A DNA stretch of 32,000 nt, taken from positions 690,001-722,000 of the forward strand of contig OZ246420.1 in NCBI GenBank assembly GCA_965231145.1. The letters run 5' to 3'. Below, in pieces: positions 10,001 through 17,341 of the stretch (positions are counted from its first letter, which is position 1; the number at the start of each line of letters is the position of its first letter). The stretch is from Candidatus Saccharimonadota bacterium (GTDB lineage: Bacteria; Patescibacteriota; Gracilibacteria; Absconditabacterales; Absconditicoccaceae). Below the pieces are notes generated by a model. That model ran no database searches and was not told the origin of the DNA. It saw only the letters and a program-made list of their open reading frames with translations. The position numbers were made by a program, and so were the translations under genes.

Positions 10001-11316
10001 TGACATATATTTCCACAGACTTCTCATGATCTGCTGCAGACTTTAGCACAGGTATTACTGCTACCGGTTCAAATGTGACATGGAATATATGGAATGTAAC
10101 ATGATCTACTATCATGTCATGAGCATTCACTATCTATACCCAGATAGGAGCAGGCGTAGCATCAGGAACAGTATTGATGAACAGAGCGACTATCTTGAGT
10201 AGCGATATCATTGATATCTCTACAGGAGACAATACAGGTGTTGCTTCGGGCGTACTTGTCTTTGGACCACTTGTTACAGGAAACATGTCTGTCTTTAAAT
10301 TTACGGCAAATCCTATAGCTATCGCTTGAGACATCGTTTCATATATGCTGACATATCAAAATGATGGCGAAAGCACAGAAACAGGCATCTCTCTGATAGA
10401 TATTATGGATGATGGACTTACGTTCCTCGCAACAAACTTTACGACTGGATTGACTATTACTCCTATCGTCACTGGCGGCACGATCTTACACTGGAATATT
10501 ACCGGAAGCATCCTTCCTCACACATCAGGATCAATCCTTGTTTCAGCTATGGTAAACACCGGCGTTACTTCAGGAACTATCCTAGCAAACCACATCACTA
10601 TTACAGGAAATCGTACAGATACAAATCCGACATATGACTCAGACGTAGCATTCATTAATGTCATGGCTATCCCCGACGATCTGAGCGGAGGAAGTTATAG
10701 TACAACAGGAACCTCTACTGGCAATACGCCAACACCTCCAAACAATGATTCACGAGGATACGCAGGTGGTGGATTTGGAAGCAATCCTACGCCAAATATT
10801 GTCACACTCGGATCAGCTCCTACCCTCCTTGAGGATGAAGTATGTCCGTATAAAGATGGCGACTTTGAAAGATATAAAACAACTTTTAAAGATATTCAAA
10901 ATAGCGTCTTTAAACCAGCTGTAGATCTTATGCTCGACTACTGTCTCGTACAAGGTGAATACAACGGAGGAAAGATGTTTGGAGTATATAACTACCTCAG
11001 ATGGGGTGAAGCATATAAGGTATTCTCAAGACTTGCAGGTCTCAGCTTCTCTCGTACAGCCAATCCTGCTCACTGGTCAGACAGATATAGATTTGCTGGA
11101 CAGAAGGTGCATCTGTGGAATAGTATTACGTCACAGCGTCATGATCCAAGATCATATATCACGTATGCGGATATCTTTACACTCGGGAACAATCTTCTCA
11201 AATACTATAAGAAACCTCTTCTCGAGTACGACCCAACACTTAATTACAACAACGCAATCAGCAGAGGTAAATTTGCTCTGTTCATCCAAAACATTATCGG
11301 AAGAATCAAAAATTAA
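7027..11316 (+). CDS. Giant secreted surface protein: signal peptide, LRR repeats, DUF11 (conserved repeat domain) repeats, SLH-like C-terminus
   Basis: Six track ORFs (7099, 7894, 8452, 9307, 9691, 10345) are all in frame 1 and are separated only by TGA (about 15 in-frame TGA, no TAA/TAG). Start ATG 7027 ('MKIRKHH.GIALSFIAISTLYYF'). 1429 codons. Stop TAA 11314-11316. Confidence 0.85.
7318..8170 (+). repeat. About 11 LRR-type 24-aa coding repeats (consensus N.LTGTLPSSWSTWTGIQ.F)
   Basis: Read directly: 'GTLPSEWSTWTGIQSF', 'GTLPSSWSTWTKIKYF', 'GNLPSSWSTWTGIQHF', 'GTLPTSWSTWTGIQHF', 'GSLPSN(CGG)SGWINMSGF', 'GTLPTSWSTWTKITSF', 'G(TGA)PLPTTWSTWTKMKRF', and others. Confidence 0.85.
8304..10650 (+). 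repeat. About 6-7 DUF11-type ~125-aa coding repeats
   Basis: Recurring 'DL.ITK.N....G.IG...SYTI.Y.NSG......I.I.DSLP.G.SF.SA.PAPT......LFW.IGTL.AMQSG.III.TGY' with high nucleotide similarity between units (e.g. around 8910, 9300, 9680). Confidence 0.8.
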
Positions 11317-11340
11317 ATAAAAAATAAGAGATAATAGAAT

Positions 11341-11377
11341 AATAGATAAGGAATATTTCTTATCTATTATTTTTTTA
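11341..11377 (+). terminator. Rho-independent terminator of the surface-protein gene
   Basis: AATAGATAAG-gaatattt-CTTATCTATT followed by ATTTTTTT. Confidence 0.7.
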
Positions 11378-11380
11378 TTA

Positions 11381-11408
11381 AAAAAAGTCCATCTGTATAA
11401 TACAGATG
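11381..11408 (-). terminator. Terminator of the tRNA-Lys/tRNA(CCG) transcript
   Basis: Minus-sense CATCTG-tattata-CAGATG followed by GACTTTTTTT. Confidence 0.6.
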
Positions 11409-11419
11409 AACTACAATTG

Positions 11420-11492
11420 AGCGAGATACCGGATTCGAACCAGTGACCTCATCCCCCGGAGAGATGTGCTCTACCATCTGAGCTAATCTCGC
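11420..11492 (-). tRNA. tRNA with anticodon CCG; acceptor end looks tRNA-Gly-like, not Arg-like (identity uncertain)
   Basis: Minus-sense GCGAGAT TA GCTC AGATGGTA GAGC A CATCT CTCCGGG GGATG AGGTC ACTGG TTCGAAT CCGGT ATCTCGC T. Clean cloverleaf with canonical T loop. G1-C72, C2-G71, G3-C70, U73. U rather than A at position 20. Confidence 0.8.
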
Positions 11493-11569
11493 TGGTGGGC
11501 AGATTGGGAGTCGAACCCAAGACCTCCTGATTAAGAGTCAGGCGCTCTAGCCAGCTGAGCTATATGCCC
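11493..11569 (-). tRNA. tRNA-Lys (anticodon CTT), CCA encoded
   Basis: Minus-sense GGGCATA TA GCTC AGCTGGCTA GAGC G CCTGA CTCTTAA TCAGG AGGTC TTGGG TTCGACT CCCAA TCTGCCC A CCA. One acceptor mismatch (T6/C67). Abuts the next tRNA with no spacer. Confidence 0.9.
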
Positions 11570-11597
11570 TGCTTTATATAAAAGCGAAGTACTTAGT

Positions 11598-11625
11598 ATG
11601 ATATCTATTAGTCCTATAGAGTCAA
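11598..11625 (-). promoter_or_regulatory. Candidate sigma70-type promoter for tRNA-Lys/tRNA(CCG)
   Basis: Minus-sense TTGACT (11620-11625), 16 nt spacer, TATCAT (11598-11603), about 25 nt upstream of the tRNA-Lys 5' end. Confidence 0.4.
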
Positions 11626-11639
11626 CAGATTTAGGATAT

Positions 11640-11805
11640 AAAAAAAGCTTATAGGTTGATACCCTATAAGCCCCGGCTAAACCTGTAAGTAACTCACCGG
11701 TGGTCCAGCTATGGTGCCCCATGCGGAATTGTAACTAAGTACCCTAAGGTACCCCGAAGAGTCATAATATCTCCTCTGCAGGCACTCCACGCGTAGCCTT
11801 CCCTG
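11640..11805 (-). ncRNA. Candidate structured small RNA of unknown class, co-transcribed downstream of tRNA(CCG)
   Basis: A ~165-nt non-coding stretch, conspicuously GC-rich relative to its flanks, that starts right after the tRNA 3' end. It contains a C(UUCG)G hairpin (ACUC-UUCG-GGGU), a GUACC-UUAG-GGUAC hairpin and the palindrome CACCGGUG. It ends in a strong terminator GCTTATAGG-gtatcaa-CCTATAAGC + TTTTTTT (11640-11671). I could not match SRP, RNase P, 6S or tmRNA motifs. Confidence 0.45.
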
Positions 11806-11876
11806 TAGCCCGAACAGGATTCGAACCTGTACCAACAGAGACGGAGTCTGCTATCCTACCGTTAAACCATCGAGCT
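11806..11876 (-). tRNA. tRNA with anticodon CCG on a tRNA-Trp-like body (candidate CGG decoder)
   Basis: Minus-sense AGCTCGA TG GTTT AACGGTA GGAT A GCAGA CTCCGTC TCTGT TGGT ACAGG TTCGAAT CCTGT TCGGGCT A. A1-U72 first pair. The anticodon loop CUCCGUC differs from the tRNA-Trp loop CUCCAAA at positions 36-38. U37 is unusual. No A20. Weak D stem. Confidence 0.75.
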
Positions 11877-11885
11877 AGAAAGCTC

Positions 11886-11913
11886 ATTATAAGCATGAAC
11901 TTCATAAATACAA
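11886..11913 (-). promoter_or_regulatory. Candidate promoter for tRNA(CCG) + downstream RNA
   Basis: Minus-sense TTGTAT (11908-11913), 16 nt spacer, TATAAT (11886-11891), 9 nt before the tRNA 5' end. Confidence 0.5.
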
Positions 11914-12028
11914 TGAGAAAATACGTTACTTGAGGCCAATCACTTCCAGGATATTTCCAAGATATTTTTCATCTGACCAAAGTTTTTTCTGTTCAAGAAT
12001 ACTTTGTGTGATATATGCATGGGCATGA

Positions 12029-12385
12029 TTATAATGTGTTTCACAGAGCTGATCATGAGCATTTTTTATCAACACGTATATCGAACTCTTTACCGGACTG
12101 TGCAAGTCTATATGTTCCTACCTGCATATAGGTATCCACATATGACGGGATAAATGGTCGGTTGCACTTTATCGCTAATTCGCTATATTCGTCTCATGAA
12201 ACTCCTTCAAAAGATCAATTATCTCCTCGGGAAAATCGCTCAGTGAGGCATATGGATCTATCAGTTATTGCTCTCTCCGGATAAAGGCATCCCATCGCTC
12301 TGGCTAAAGTGAAAAATATGTTCTCATGTTCCTCACTGTAGTGCATATGGGAAACAATGCTTTGAAAGATATGGCTTTTGGCCAT
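12029..12385 (-). CDS. Hypothetical protein; possibly frameshifted/decaying (alternative 3' end at 11927)
   Basis: ATG 12383-12385 opens a 118-codon frame (TGA as sense) ending at TAA 12029-12031. This frame has 3 CGA codons, which are rare elsewhere. A second frame carries protein-like segments ('DPYASLSDFPEEIIDLLKEFHETNIAN', 'IKNAHDQLCETHYNHAHAYITQSILEQKKLWSDEKYLGNILEVIGLK*'). The frames switch at an A6 run. Confidence 0.35.
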
Positions 12386-12432
12386 GATTTTTGTATACTG
12401 TTGACAGAATTAGCTCGTGTACTCCAAAGCCT

Positions 12433-13434
12433 ATGAAACAGTACGATCCATCTCACTACAAAGTAGTTTTCTTCTCTTCTGCTCCGATCGGAGTTCCTTT
12501 TCTTGAACAGTTAGCAAAGGATAAAAGATTTGAAATTGCTGGAGTTGTCTGCGCTCCTGACAGACCATCCGGTCGTGGCATGGAAGTGCAACAAAATATT
12601 ATTAAAAAAACCGCATTTCAGATCATAGAGCAAAGAGCAGAGAGCAGAATTAATTGAGAATTGAGAATTGAGAATTGAGAATTTCCTATATTAACTCCAA
12701 GTAAAATTAACCCAGAAAAAAGCGATGAATGAAAAGAGTTCTATGAACAAATAAAAGCTCTTGATGCCGATTTTTTTGTGGTGATTGCGTATGGGAAGAT
12801 TATGCCGCAAAGCATATTAGACATACCAAAGCTTGGACCAATCAATGTGCATCCATCACTCTTGCCGAAATATCGCGGCGCCTCACCTATCATCTCTGCG
12901 CTGTTGCATAATGAGACTATGACGGGCGTGACGATCATGTACATGGATGCAAAGATGGATGAAGGAGATATCCTCTCCTCTCTTGGATTTTCTATCGATC
13001 CGTCATGGAACGAAGCAGACCTTACTCATAAGATGACACAAATCTGACCAGAGCTTTTGTGTAATACACTATGGGATTTCGGCAAAGAACATATCAGCAG
13101 AAAACCTCAGGATCATAGCAAAGCAACATATGCGACAAAGTTTACCAAAGAAGACGGCAAAATTGATCCGCGACAAGACTCATTACAAACTATTTACAAT
13201 AAATATCGTGCATTCTATCAGCGACCAAAAATTTTCTTCATACACAACGACAAGAGAGTCATCATCGAAAAAATGGTCTTCGACCATACCCCGACAGCTC
13301 GTCGGGGTGAAGAAAAAATGATAGATGAAAATAATCAGTTACACGCTTCTATCCTGGAATGTATGGTGAAACCGGAAGGAAAAAAAGCTATGAGTTGGGA
13401 AGAATTTAAAAGAGGATACATCCATATGAAATAA
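12433..13434 (+). CDS. fmt: Methionyl-tRNA formyltransferase
   Basis: Track ORFs 12391, 12778 and 13057 are all in frame 1, joined over four TGA. 'KVVFFSSAPIGVPFLEQL...VVCAPDRPSGRG', 'FFVVIAYGKIMP', 'GPINVHPSLLPKYRGASPI', 'ETMTGVTIMYMDAKMDEGDI', 'PQDHSKATYATKFTKEDGKID'. Carries a repeat-derived insertion at 12622-12683. Confidence 0.9.
12652..12683. repeat. Heptanucleotide microsatellite (AATTGAG)x4.6 inside fmt
   Basis: Units at 12652, 12659, 12666 and 12673, plus a partial unit. Encodes 'N-G-ELRIEN-G-EF' with two TGA codons. Confidence 0.9.
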
Positions 13435-13472
13435 TAAATAATAGATAAGAAATGCTCCATACGGCAAATAAG

Positions 13473-13503
13473 AACGGCTTTAAATAGCCGTTTTTCTGTT
13501 TTT
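13473..13503 (+). terminator. Rho-independent terminator after fmt
   Basis: ACGGCT-ttaaat-AGCCGT followed by TTTTCTGTTTTT. Confidence 0.65.
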
Positions 13504-13509
13504 CATTTT

Positions 13510-13538
13510 TTGCAAAAAACAGCTTTTTTAGCTATAAT
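13510..13538 (+). promoter_or_regulatory. Near-consensus promoter for the nucleoside hydrolase operon
   Basis: TTGCAA (13510-13515), 17 nt spacer, TATAAT (13533-13538). Confidence 0.55.
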
Positions 13539-13575
13539 TAGTTATATAATATTTACGATCTATAACCTATAAGTT

Positions 13576-14559
13576 ATGAGCTCAGAAAAGATCCTTCCCG
13601 TATTGATAGACTGTGATCCAGGTGCCGATGATGTATTTGCACTTTTGTGGTTATTGATAAATCATCAGTTTGCTCATCTTCCGATGAAAGTAGTGGGTAT
13701 TACAACCGTAGGAGGAAATGTCTCAGCAGACAAGACATATGCAAACGCACTCAGAATGTGTCAGTTTGTCGGAGCAAATGATATTCCTGTCGGGAAAGAT
13801 CATAGACAGATTGTATCGCAAGATGCGTCACATATCCATGGTGCCGATGGAATTGGCAATCTTTCGTCTATGCTTCCGGAAGTTATACTACCAGCAGCAG
13901 AAAAAGATAGCGTGGATATGATCATTGATGCCATACATACATATGGTAGTGAGCTAGCAATTCTCGTGACCGGACCCATGACAAATATGGCACTTGCAGA
14001 AGTTCGCGAGCCAGGTATTCTTTCAAAGTGTAAAAAGATCATCGCTATGGGTGGAGCGATTAAGGTCAATGGAAATATTACTCCAAGTGCTGAGTTCAAT
14101 ATTGCATATGATGCAGAGAGCGCTGCTGCGGTGTTCAATGCGACGAAAAATATTATCCTTGTACCGCTTGATCTCACGACACAGATGGTCTTCACCGATG
14201 AAGATCTTGAAAATTGCTTTAAAAATGTAAACCACGATAAGAAACAGGAATTTATGCGTGCCCTGACAAAGTTTACCATCGGCACAAATATGATGTTCAG
14301 AGAAACAGCATATGATAGAGGTTTCTTCGTGCACGATGCACATACTGTTGGTATGCTCCTCTACCCTCATATCTACAAGGGAACATTTTACGATGTCCAT
14401 GTAGAGACGAAAGGAGAGCTCACAAAGGGAGAAACAGTAGTAGACGTACGCAATCATCCAAGAACAGAAGTCAACTCATACGTTGCTCTCGAGTTTGATA
14501 AAAGACTTTTTATGGAAGCGATGACCGAAGATTTTAAACAGTTTAACTTCAGCGACTAG
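13576..14559 (+). CDS. Inosine-uridine preferring nucleoside hydrolase family protein
   Basis: Intact 327-aa ORF. N-terminal 'VLIDCDPGADDVFAL' matches the DxDxxxDD signature; 'VTGPMTNMA' and 'VHDAHTV' fit the family. Confidence 0.9.
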   Translation: MSSEKILPVLIDCDPGADDVFALLWLLINHQFAHLPMKVVGITTVGGNVSADKTYANALRMCQFVGANDIPVGKDHRQIVSQDASHIHGADGIGNLSSMLPEVILPAAEKDSVDMIIDAIHTYGSELAILVTGPMTNMALAEVREPGILSKCKKIIAMGGAIKVNGNITPSAEFNIAYDAESAAAVFNATKNIILVPLDLTTQMVFTDEDLENCFKNVNHDKKQEFMRALTKFTIGTNMMFRETAYDRGFFVHDAHTVGMLLYPHIYKGTFYDVHVETKGELTKGETVVDVRNHPRTEVNSYVALEFDKRLFMEAMTEDFKQFNFSD

Positions 14560-14561
14560 CC

Positions 14562-14831
14562 ATGAGTATGATGCACTGTTCAAAAAAGCTTACCGGACAA
14601 ATAGAATGGCTTGGCTGTTCACTGACTGTTATTAGCTTCCTTGCAAATATTGACCAAGCAAGGCTCAATCTTGAAGGGCAGAAATGATCCGTCTTCATCC
14701 CCTGCACCATACTTGTCGCATGTTTTGTATGGATGTTCTATGGGATACAAAAAAATGATAAACCAATCATTGTCAGTAACATCGTTGGTATCATCGCATC
14801 GATTGTTTCAATTATAACGTACTTCATATAG
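14562..14831 (+). CDS. SemiSWEET / PQ-loop family small sugar transporter
   Basis: 89 codons, 2 nt after the hydrolase stop, with one in-frame TGA. Three TM helices; loop 'ANIDQARLNLEGQKG' sits at the PQ-motif position; 'WMFYGI' follows. Confidence 0.65.
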
Positions 14832-14834
14832 AAA

Positions 14835-14860
14835 AAAGAGGTCCTCATAAGGACTTTTTT
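14835..14860 (+). terminator. Terminator after SemiSWEET
   Basis: GTCCT-cata-AGGAC followed by TTTTTT. Confidence 0.6.
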
Positions 14861-14900
14861 CTATTTCATTTTTTCTTTTCTCCTGCGAAAAAAAAAGAAT

Positions 14901-14931
14901 AAAAAAAGCCACCGGGGACCGGTGGCTTTTT
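14901..14931. terminator. Bidirectional terminator
   Basis: A7, then GCCACCGG-gga-CCGGTGGC, then TTTT. Confidence 0.7.
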
Positions 14932-14954
14932 AGATTTCATGTATAATACCATTT

Positions 14955-15308
14955 TTATGCAGCATATTGCCCGCCCCATGTTTGATAGATAGGCATTTTC
15001 TTTTTCTTCTTATACAAGAAGCCGGATGCTGCCATTGCCTTAGCAATATCATCTCTATAGCAAATAAACATTCCGCCTTTCTGTACGATATAGTCTTCAC
15101 TACACGGATAGGCGTCTGCCACTTCCATCATGGCATGGTGTACATCATTGAGGGTAAATGCTTTTGGAATAAGCATGACTATAACCTTCTCAATGCGCTG
15201 TAAGAGAGAGCCATTTACCCTTCTTACATCAATAAGCTTACAAGGAGCTTTATCTATCTTAGCTCTCCTGTTTTGCAGCCTACGCAACTCAAATTTTTGT
15301 AGTTTCAT
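14955..15308 (-). CDS. Hypothetical protein
   Basis: 'MKLQKFELRRLQNRRAKIDK...'. ORF without TGA, stop TAA 14955-14957. The start is taken at the internal ATG 15306-15308; the track start is at 15386. Confidence 0.5.
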   Translation of the reverse strand: MKLQKFELRRLQNRRAKIDKAPCKLIDVRRVNGSLLQRIEKVIVMLIPKAFTLNDVHHAMMEVADAYPCSEDYIVQKGGMFICYRDDIAKAMAASGFLYKKKKKMPIYQTWGGQYAA

Positions 15309-15451
15309 ATTATGTGAATTTATGTGTTTATGTAGTGAAATAATAATCACAGTAATAAGAAAGTCAAGACTTCTCCCCCTAAACATCTAACCTTCTTATA
15401 GCAATTAGATGATAGCATCTTGCCAACATCCAACATCTAATTGCTTTGTAT

Positions 15452-16240
15452 TTACCCTGCAGTATATCCTCCATCGATACTAATAAGCGATCCTGTCATG
15501 AAGCCCGGTTTATCAGACAGCAAGAACACAACGGTTTCGGCTACTTCTTCTGGCGTTCAAAGTCTTTGGATCGGCTGCGCTTTTTCGAGAAACTGTGTTC
15601 CTTTTTTCAGATCTCCGCCAAAGTTTTGTTCAGCGAATCCTTTCATCGCTCCTCTTGCAAGAGGAGTATCAATCGTTCACGGACAGACACAGTTCACGCG
15701 GATATTATCTTTTGCGTAGTCGATAGCTGTGCTTTTTGTCAGCTGTCATACCGCTCCTTTCGCTGCACCATATGCTGCTGAGTTTCCTTTACCGATCAGC
15801 GACTGATCTGATCCCATGATGACGATACTTCCTTTGCCAGTGTTTTGCAAATGTGGGATCGAATATTTCAGTGTGAGGAAGACTCCTTCGACATCCACGG
15901 AAAACATCTCTCTCCACTGAGCAAGAGTCGTTTCAACGACGTTCCCTACCATATGTTTTCCGGCATTGGCAAAAACGCCATCGAGCTTACCAAAGTGATT
16001 CACACACTCCTCTATCTGAGAGCGTAATGCTTGTTCATCAGTAATATCTCCTTGGATAAACAAGAGATTATCAGTGTTATAACCAGCCTTAATAGCTTCA
16101 CCTCCGAGTGCATCAGCTTCTTCTTTTCTTCTTCCGGTAAACGCAACCTTTGCGCCTTCGCGCAGTGCTGCAAGCACCGTTGCCCTACCGATACCACTTG
16201 TACCACCAGTAATGAAGATAACTTTGTTTTCTAGCAACAT
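15452..16240 (-). CDS. Short-chain dehydrogenase/reductase (SDR)
   Basis: '[11 protein letters not shown]' (TGxxxGxG), 'NAG', '[14 protein letters not shown]' (YxxxK), 'NCVCP-G-TIDTP', 'RL-G-TPEEVA', '[13 protein letters not shown]'. The three hyphenated G are TGA. Stop TAA 15452-15454. Confidence 0.93.
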
Positions 16241-16258
16241 GAAATGATATAATAATAA

Positions 16259-16756
16259 TTAAAAATCATCTTCCTGAGGATATTTCTTTGCGTAATAATC
16301 ATGCCATTTTCTATTATCCTCTGTATCTTGTGGGATCTCTTGTTTGAAAATATATCGTCCCTGCGCAAATGAACCTCTCTCTTCTCTGTCTTGTAACTGT
16401 ACTTTTTCAAGCTCAGTTGGATCGATGCTATATTTTTTACTTATAGTATCGATAATATCACGAAACGATTTTAACTTCTCCATATTTTCTCACATATCTG
16501 TCAGGACATCTATTGCCTCTTTGATATCCTTCATTTCTTTCATCAGCTCTTTTTGTAATTCGTCGAGTTTTCTTGTCGTATCTTCATGAAGTTCTTTTAC
16601 TAGTTGATTCAACTCTTTTAGTTCCTCCTCTGCCTTTTCATACAGAGCATCTATCAGTGCTTTTCCAGTTTTTTTCATGCACAAAACCTTCCATCCCATG
16701 AGAAGCTGCTTATCGATGAGCTTGTCTCTATACAGTTTATTGATGACAAATACCAT
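16259..16756 (-). CDS. MazG-like / phosphoribosyl-ATP pyrophosphohydrolase-like all-alpha NTP pyrophosphatase family (paralog 1)
   Basis: Track ORFs 16490..16756 and 16259..16483 are joined over TGA 16490-16492. N-terminal 'INKLYRDKLID' (compare the KLVRDKIPE family) and C-terminal 'REERGSF'. Confidence 0.5.
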
Positions 16757-16780
16757 AGTATCAAGGGAAAGAAGTAGAGA

Positions 16781-17227
16781 TTACTCTTGTATTGGATATT
16801 TTCATTTCACCAATAGGTCATAGACTTCTGGAACATCTTTAGAAACAGTAATATCTTCAATGTAATATCACTCAGTAAAGCTTCATCGACTCGTTTTTCT
16901 CGAGACCTGCATATCAAGAATGGTTTTTAACTGTATAGCATGTGTATGTAATATCTGGTTGATACGTTGTTGTTCCGGTAGAAGTTCTATTGGATTAGCA
17001 TCATGCGATATAAGTGATTCAACTATTTCCTTTGCGTCAGCAACATGCTCTAGTAGTTTTCCATCGGTAGAAGGTGTTTCCCCCAGCTCCAATGTGTGGT
17101 ATAACTTTTCCTTCAAGGCTTGTATAAGTTCCTCTCCAGTAAGATTTTTATAGGTGACCTTACACCTGCTCAATAATTGTGGCACCATCCTATCTCTCAC
17201 CAATCTATTTATCTGAAAAGTAGTCAT
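16781..17227 (-). CDS. MazG-like all-alpha NTP pyrophosphatase family (paralog 2)
   Basis: 'MTTFQINRLVRDRMVPQLL...NLTGEELIQALKEKL...'. Continues past TGA 16883-16885 ('SR-G-SFTEGYYIED') to TAA 16781-16783. Collinear with paralog 1. Confidence 0.5.
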
Positions 17228-17341
17228 TTTCTGTCCCAAAAACTAAATGTCCTGAGTATATAAGAGTGATTTATTTTTGCAATAGCTCCAAGAAATCAAA
17301 AAAAGCCGGGGAAACCCCCCGAGCTTCATTATCTTTTACGC

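Noticed and set aside
11640-11805. Calling the GC-rich RNA candidate SRP (4.5S), RNase P, 6S or tmRNA.
   Set aside because: I could not find the helix-8 GGAA/AGCA motif, the P4 GAGGAAAGUC motif or the tmRNA ends by eye. It is kept as an unknown-class candidate only.
11420-11930. The tRNA cluster might be an integration site of a prophage or island.
   Set aside because: No integrase, direct repeat of a tRNA 3' end, or phage genes flank it.
13576-14559. Genes lacking any TGA (nucleoside hydrolase, 14955..15308, 17342..17914, DUF2200) might be recent transfers from standard-code organisms.
   Set aside because: pnp has only 2 TGA among dozens of Gly codons, so zero TGA in genes of 120-330 codons is not statistically meaningful without whole-genome codon statistics.
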